Source: Oscillospiraceae bacterium (lineage in GTDB: Bacteria > Bacillota > Clostridia > Oscillospirales > Ruminococcaceae). Taken from it: 64,000 nt of DNA. This document shows, one piece after another, positions 61,451 through 64,000 of this stretch; position 1 is the first letter of the stretch; every line of letters begins with the position of its first letter. Location: assembly GCA_021769725.1 (NCBI GenBank), contig JAETSI010000001.1, forward strand, positions 103,340-167,339, written 5' to 3'. The notes under the pieces were generated by a model, which saw only the letters and a program-made list of their open reading frames with translations, was not told the origin of the DNA and made no database searches. The translations under genes and the position numbers were made by a program.

Positions 61451-62365
61451 TTATTTTTCAGGATTTTCCTGTATATTGCTTTTAGTCATTTTATGATGTT
61501 CAGGCTTGTGACAACCAATAACCACATAGAGCACAACCATGGTAATTCCGACAGCACAAACAGCAATGCTGGCAGCCATGAATGCTTCCGTGAGTTTGAA
61601 CATTGCACCTGTGTAAGCAGCAAATATTTGGGGCTGTTTGATAGAAAAAGCGTTGAAGTAATCGGTAGAAAGAAGATATATGCTTGGCACCATGCCGATA
61701 GTTCCGGCAATAGCTGCTGAAATTCCCGTCCAGTAGAGAACAGTTTTCTTTTCCTTACGGTTTATGAAGATCAGGAAAAGAATCATCAGTGCTGCTCCGC
61801 CGACAGAAGCAAATGTAAGCAGCGGACGCATTCTGTATATTTTGGATGCCGGAGTAAGAACACCATGTTTCTCAAGGGCAGCAAATTTGTATATGTCGCA
61901 ACTCTCGCCGATAAGCTGATAGGCATTTTTTTTCGTATTTTCCAGCTTATTATAGAAATCGTTGTTTTTTTCGTAACCGGTTTCGTCAGCCATAGTATTG
62001 AAAAAATCATCAAGAGCTTTTTCCATTTTCATATTCTTCGGAATTTCAACATCCATTCTTTTGCCGGATTTAAGGATATCGTAGCCACTATTTATATATG
62101 CGTTTATTACAGATTGTATATATTTTTTATCCAGATTTTTTAAATAAATATCTGATGGAATTCCCGAAGCTCCCGAACTCTCTTTGAATTTACTGTTAAG
62201 ATGAGCAGCTGTCTTGTCTGAGATATCTTTTTTTTCCGAGAGTGTAATGGTTCTGCCAGCATTAAAATTAATATCAGCGATTATGATGCCGACATTGCAT
62301 ATCATCAGAATTACCAGAAGTATGGAAATCAGCAGAGAGGGAATGTATGCGCTTAACTTTTTCAT
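61451..62365 (-). CDS. hypothetical polytopic membrane protein, third gene of sortase operon
   Basis: 304 aa; N-terminal TM, extracellular segment, 4 C-terminal TMs; ATG lies 1 nt after the sortase stop. Confidence 0.65.
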   Translation of the reverse strand: MKKLSAYIPSLLISILLVILMICNVGIIIADINFNAGRTITLSEKKDISDKTAAHLNSKFKESSGASGIPSDIYLKNLDKKYIQSVINAYINSGYDILKSGKRMDVEIPKNMKMEKALDDFFNTMADETGYEKNNDFYNKLENTKKNAYQLIGESCDIYKFAALEKHGVLTPASKIYRMRPLLTFASVGGAALMILFLIFINRKEKKTVLYWTGISAAIAGTIGMVPSIYLLSTDYFNAFSIKQPQIFAAYTGAMFKLTEAFMAASIAVCAVGITMVVLYVVIGCHKPEHHKMTKSNIQENPEK

Positions 62366-62366
62366 A

Positions 62367-63044
62367 TCATTCAGCCTCCTTGTAGTATTTTGTTTCGGTA
62401 AGATCGCAGATAACTCCTATTCTCTGGTCGGAAGCACCGAAAATATCTTTTGTGCAGGTATAAAGCGTTAGGCGTGTATCGTCAGTGGGACGAACGTATT
62501 TCTTTTCACTGTCTTTGAATGAGATGGTCTCACGGACTGTATAGACGAATTTGCCGTAGTTGGTTCTGACTGTGATAACATCTCCGGTTCTGAGTTTGTC
62601 GAGTTCGGCAAAGAACGTATTTACATGAGCGCTTACAACTGAATTTCCAGAATCTCCGAACACAGACGAGCTTGATGCCTGACAGGCTCCGATCTCAAAG
62701 AGGTCGATATCACTGCCCCAGTAGACGGGAACGGTAGTTTCAAAAGCGTCGCAACTAAGATCGGCGTAATGTTCACCAAATACCGGACGTATAATTTCAC
62801 CTTTTTCAGAGGAGTAGTTATTATCATCACTGTTGATTGCATTATCTTTTATTTTCAGACCGGATTCTGCATTTTCAGGGTCGATCTTTAACTCATCCAT
62901 AAACACCAGACCTTTGTATCTTTGCAGCTTGTCCGAAGGAACTATGAGAGCTATCATAATTAATCCCATGCACATAGCAAACATGATAAATGGTGTGGCA
63001 ATATGGATCAGAAGAGTTCCGTGATTTAATTTATTTTTTTTCAT
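62367..63044 (-). CDS. sortase-family transpeptidase
   Basis: N-terminal TM; His (VVSAHVN), Cys (LTLYTCT) and downstream Arg (QRIGV) in the canonical order; start at MKKNKLNHG. Confidence 0.8.
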   Translation of the reverse strand: MKKNKLNHGTLLIHIATPFIMFAMCMGLIMIALIVPSDKLQRYKGLVFMDELKIDPENAESGLKIKDNAINSDDNNYSSEKGEIIRPVFGEHYADLSCDAFETTVPVYWGSDIDLFEIGACQASSSSVFGDSGNSVVSAHVNTFFAELDKLRTGDVITVRTNYGKFVYTVRETISFKDSEKKYVRPTDDTRLTLYTCTKDIFGASDQRIGVICDLTETKYYKEAE

Positions 63045-63858
63045 TTGCTGCACGTTCCTTTGACGAATATCTTCGGGACACAATGATTATTCCGGCAAGA
63101 GCCATAACGAAAAGACCTCCGGCTGCCGCATAGACCCAGCGTCTGTCGTAGCCTGTATTTTCGACGATATCACTGCCGATGCTTGATTGACCGATGAGTA
63201 CGCCGTTATCGTCATGAAGAGCCAATTTTACCGTGTTGTCATTTATGTCCTTTACGGTAAGGTTTATACCGAATTCATCCATGACATCTGCCATTCCATT
63301 TATTGTTTCGAGCTTTTTGTCTATGGGAAGTTGTTTGAGCATACTTCTTCGCTCTTCAGGCGAAAGATTGTCAAGAATGAATTGCTGCTGATCTGGTGGA
63401 AAAGTTGCGATATATGCTTGCTTGGCATCATAAGAAAGAGCAATAAATTCCTTTTTGCTGATACGTGTAATAGTTGTTCCGTCTGACATAGTAAGCGTTA
63501 CAGGCGGATCGGTATTTTCCGGTGCAGAAGTGCCGGGAACATCCGGATCAGCGGAAGCTGTAGTCGTGGTAACGGCTGACTGAGTCACCTGCGGACCAGT
63601 CGTAATATAGTATTGTCCTTGCTCGTGTATTGCGTCAATAGCTTTCTGGAGATTTTCTTCGTTCCAGTCACTCTCGTCAGTATATTCTGCACGAGCAAGA
63701 TTATAGTAATCCTGGATCATTTCTTCCGGATATCCGTAAGCACGTGCTTCATTCCATACATCGTCAACAGTAACAGCGTTTACTGTCAGTACACCGGCAA
63801 ACAGAATCGCCGCAGTGCCTATCAGGACAGTAAATCCTGTAATAATTTTTTTTATCAT
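63031..63858 (-). CDS. secreted protein with C-terminal sorting-signal-like module (candidate sortase substrate)
   Basis: Signal peptide MIKKIITGFTVLIGTAAILFAGVLTVNA; C-terminus IVENTG-YDRRW-TM(VYAAAGGLFVMALAGIIIV)-SRRYSSKERAANEKK; GGAGGG RBS. Confidence 0.7.
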   Translation of the reverse strand: MIKKIITGFTVLIGTAAILFAGVLTVNAVTVDDVWNEARAYGYPEEMIQDYYNLARAEYTDESDWNEENLQKAIDAIHEQGQYYITTGPQVTQSAVTTTTASADPDVPGTSAPENTDPPVTLTMSDGTTITRISKKEFIALSYDAKQAYIATFPPDQQQFILDNLSPEERRSMLKQLPIDKKLETINGMADVMDEFGINLTVKDINDNTVKLALHDDNGVLIGQSSIGSDIVENTGYDRRWVYAAAGGLFVMALAGIIIVSRRYSSKERAANEKK

Positions 63859-63891
63859 AATATCCCTCCATGTGGTTTTTATCATATCTCT

Positions 63892-63920
63892 ATTATACCC
63901 GTTTTTTTCAGGAATGTCAA
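63892..63920 (-). promoter_or_regulatory. consensus promoter TTGACA-17-TATAAT for sortase operon
   Basis: Read on the - strand: TTGACA 63920-63915, TATAAT 63897-63892. Confidence 0.65.
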
Positions 63921-64000
63921 GAAAAATCAGAATCTGTCCAACGGAAATCAGAAACGTAATATAATTGACTTTATATGTATTACGTGCTATAATATATGCA

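Overview
This is a 64-kb stretch of core chromosome from a low-GC Firmicute. It is probably a Ruminococcus-like member of the Clostridia. That guess rests on a type-I dockerin protein with a Thr-rich linker, an rnfCDGEAB operon and a [FeFe]-hydrogenase maturase. Coding density is high and most genes are housekeeping.

Gene content in map order:
- two sugar ABC permeases, then a TM1266-like regulator with hydG
- three tandem paralogous lipoproteins
- rpsB-tsf
- a MoxR/DUF58/transglutaminase triad followed by a dockerin-bearing C39-like peptidase
- prmA, then rplU-prp-rpmA, obg, mrnC, a yebC-family gene, a GNAT gene and mntP
- a MATE exporter and rnfCDGEAB
- a queD-queE-folE-queC-queF operon behind a preQ1-I riboswitch
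- maf, a DUF1015 gene, ligA-addA and htrA
- a thioesterase, an LtaS-like sulfatase, an SDR, a DUF896 gene and cdd
- a radical-SAM gene paired with a TIGR03936-like gene
- rplS, two signal peptidases, rbgA, rnhB, yraN, thrC, tig-clpP-clpX and a clpC/clpA-like ATPase
- a three-gene sortase operon

No rRNA, tRNA, CRISPR array, transposase or prophage gene was seen.

The most unusual items are non-coding or below the ORF-track length cutoff:
1. A 350-bp composite element lies between clpX and the clpC-like gene. It has 35-nt inverted arms, each carrying an outward-facing consensus promoter. Between the arms are two 89-nt tandem units rich in hairpins, with one compensatory stem change.
2. A diverged copy of that unit, including a shared 22-nt motif, sits at a matching distance upstream of htrA.
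3. Two unlisted Cys-rich micro-genes (53 aa and 17 aa) each have their own expression signals.
4. A terminator/antiterminator leader precedes the hydrogenase-maturation genes.
5. A sortase operon encodes a candidate substrate with a non-canonical sorting motif.

All functional calls come from reading motifs by eye. No database search was run.
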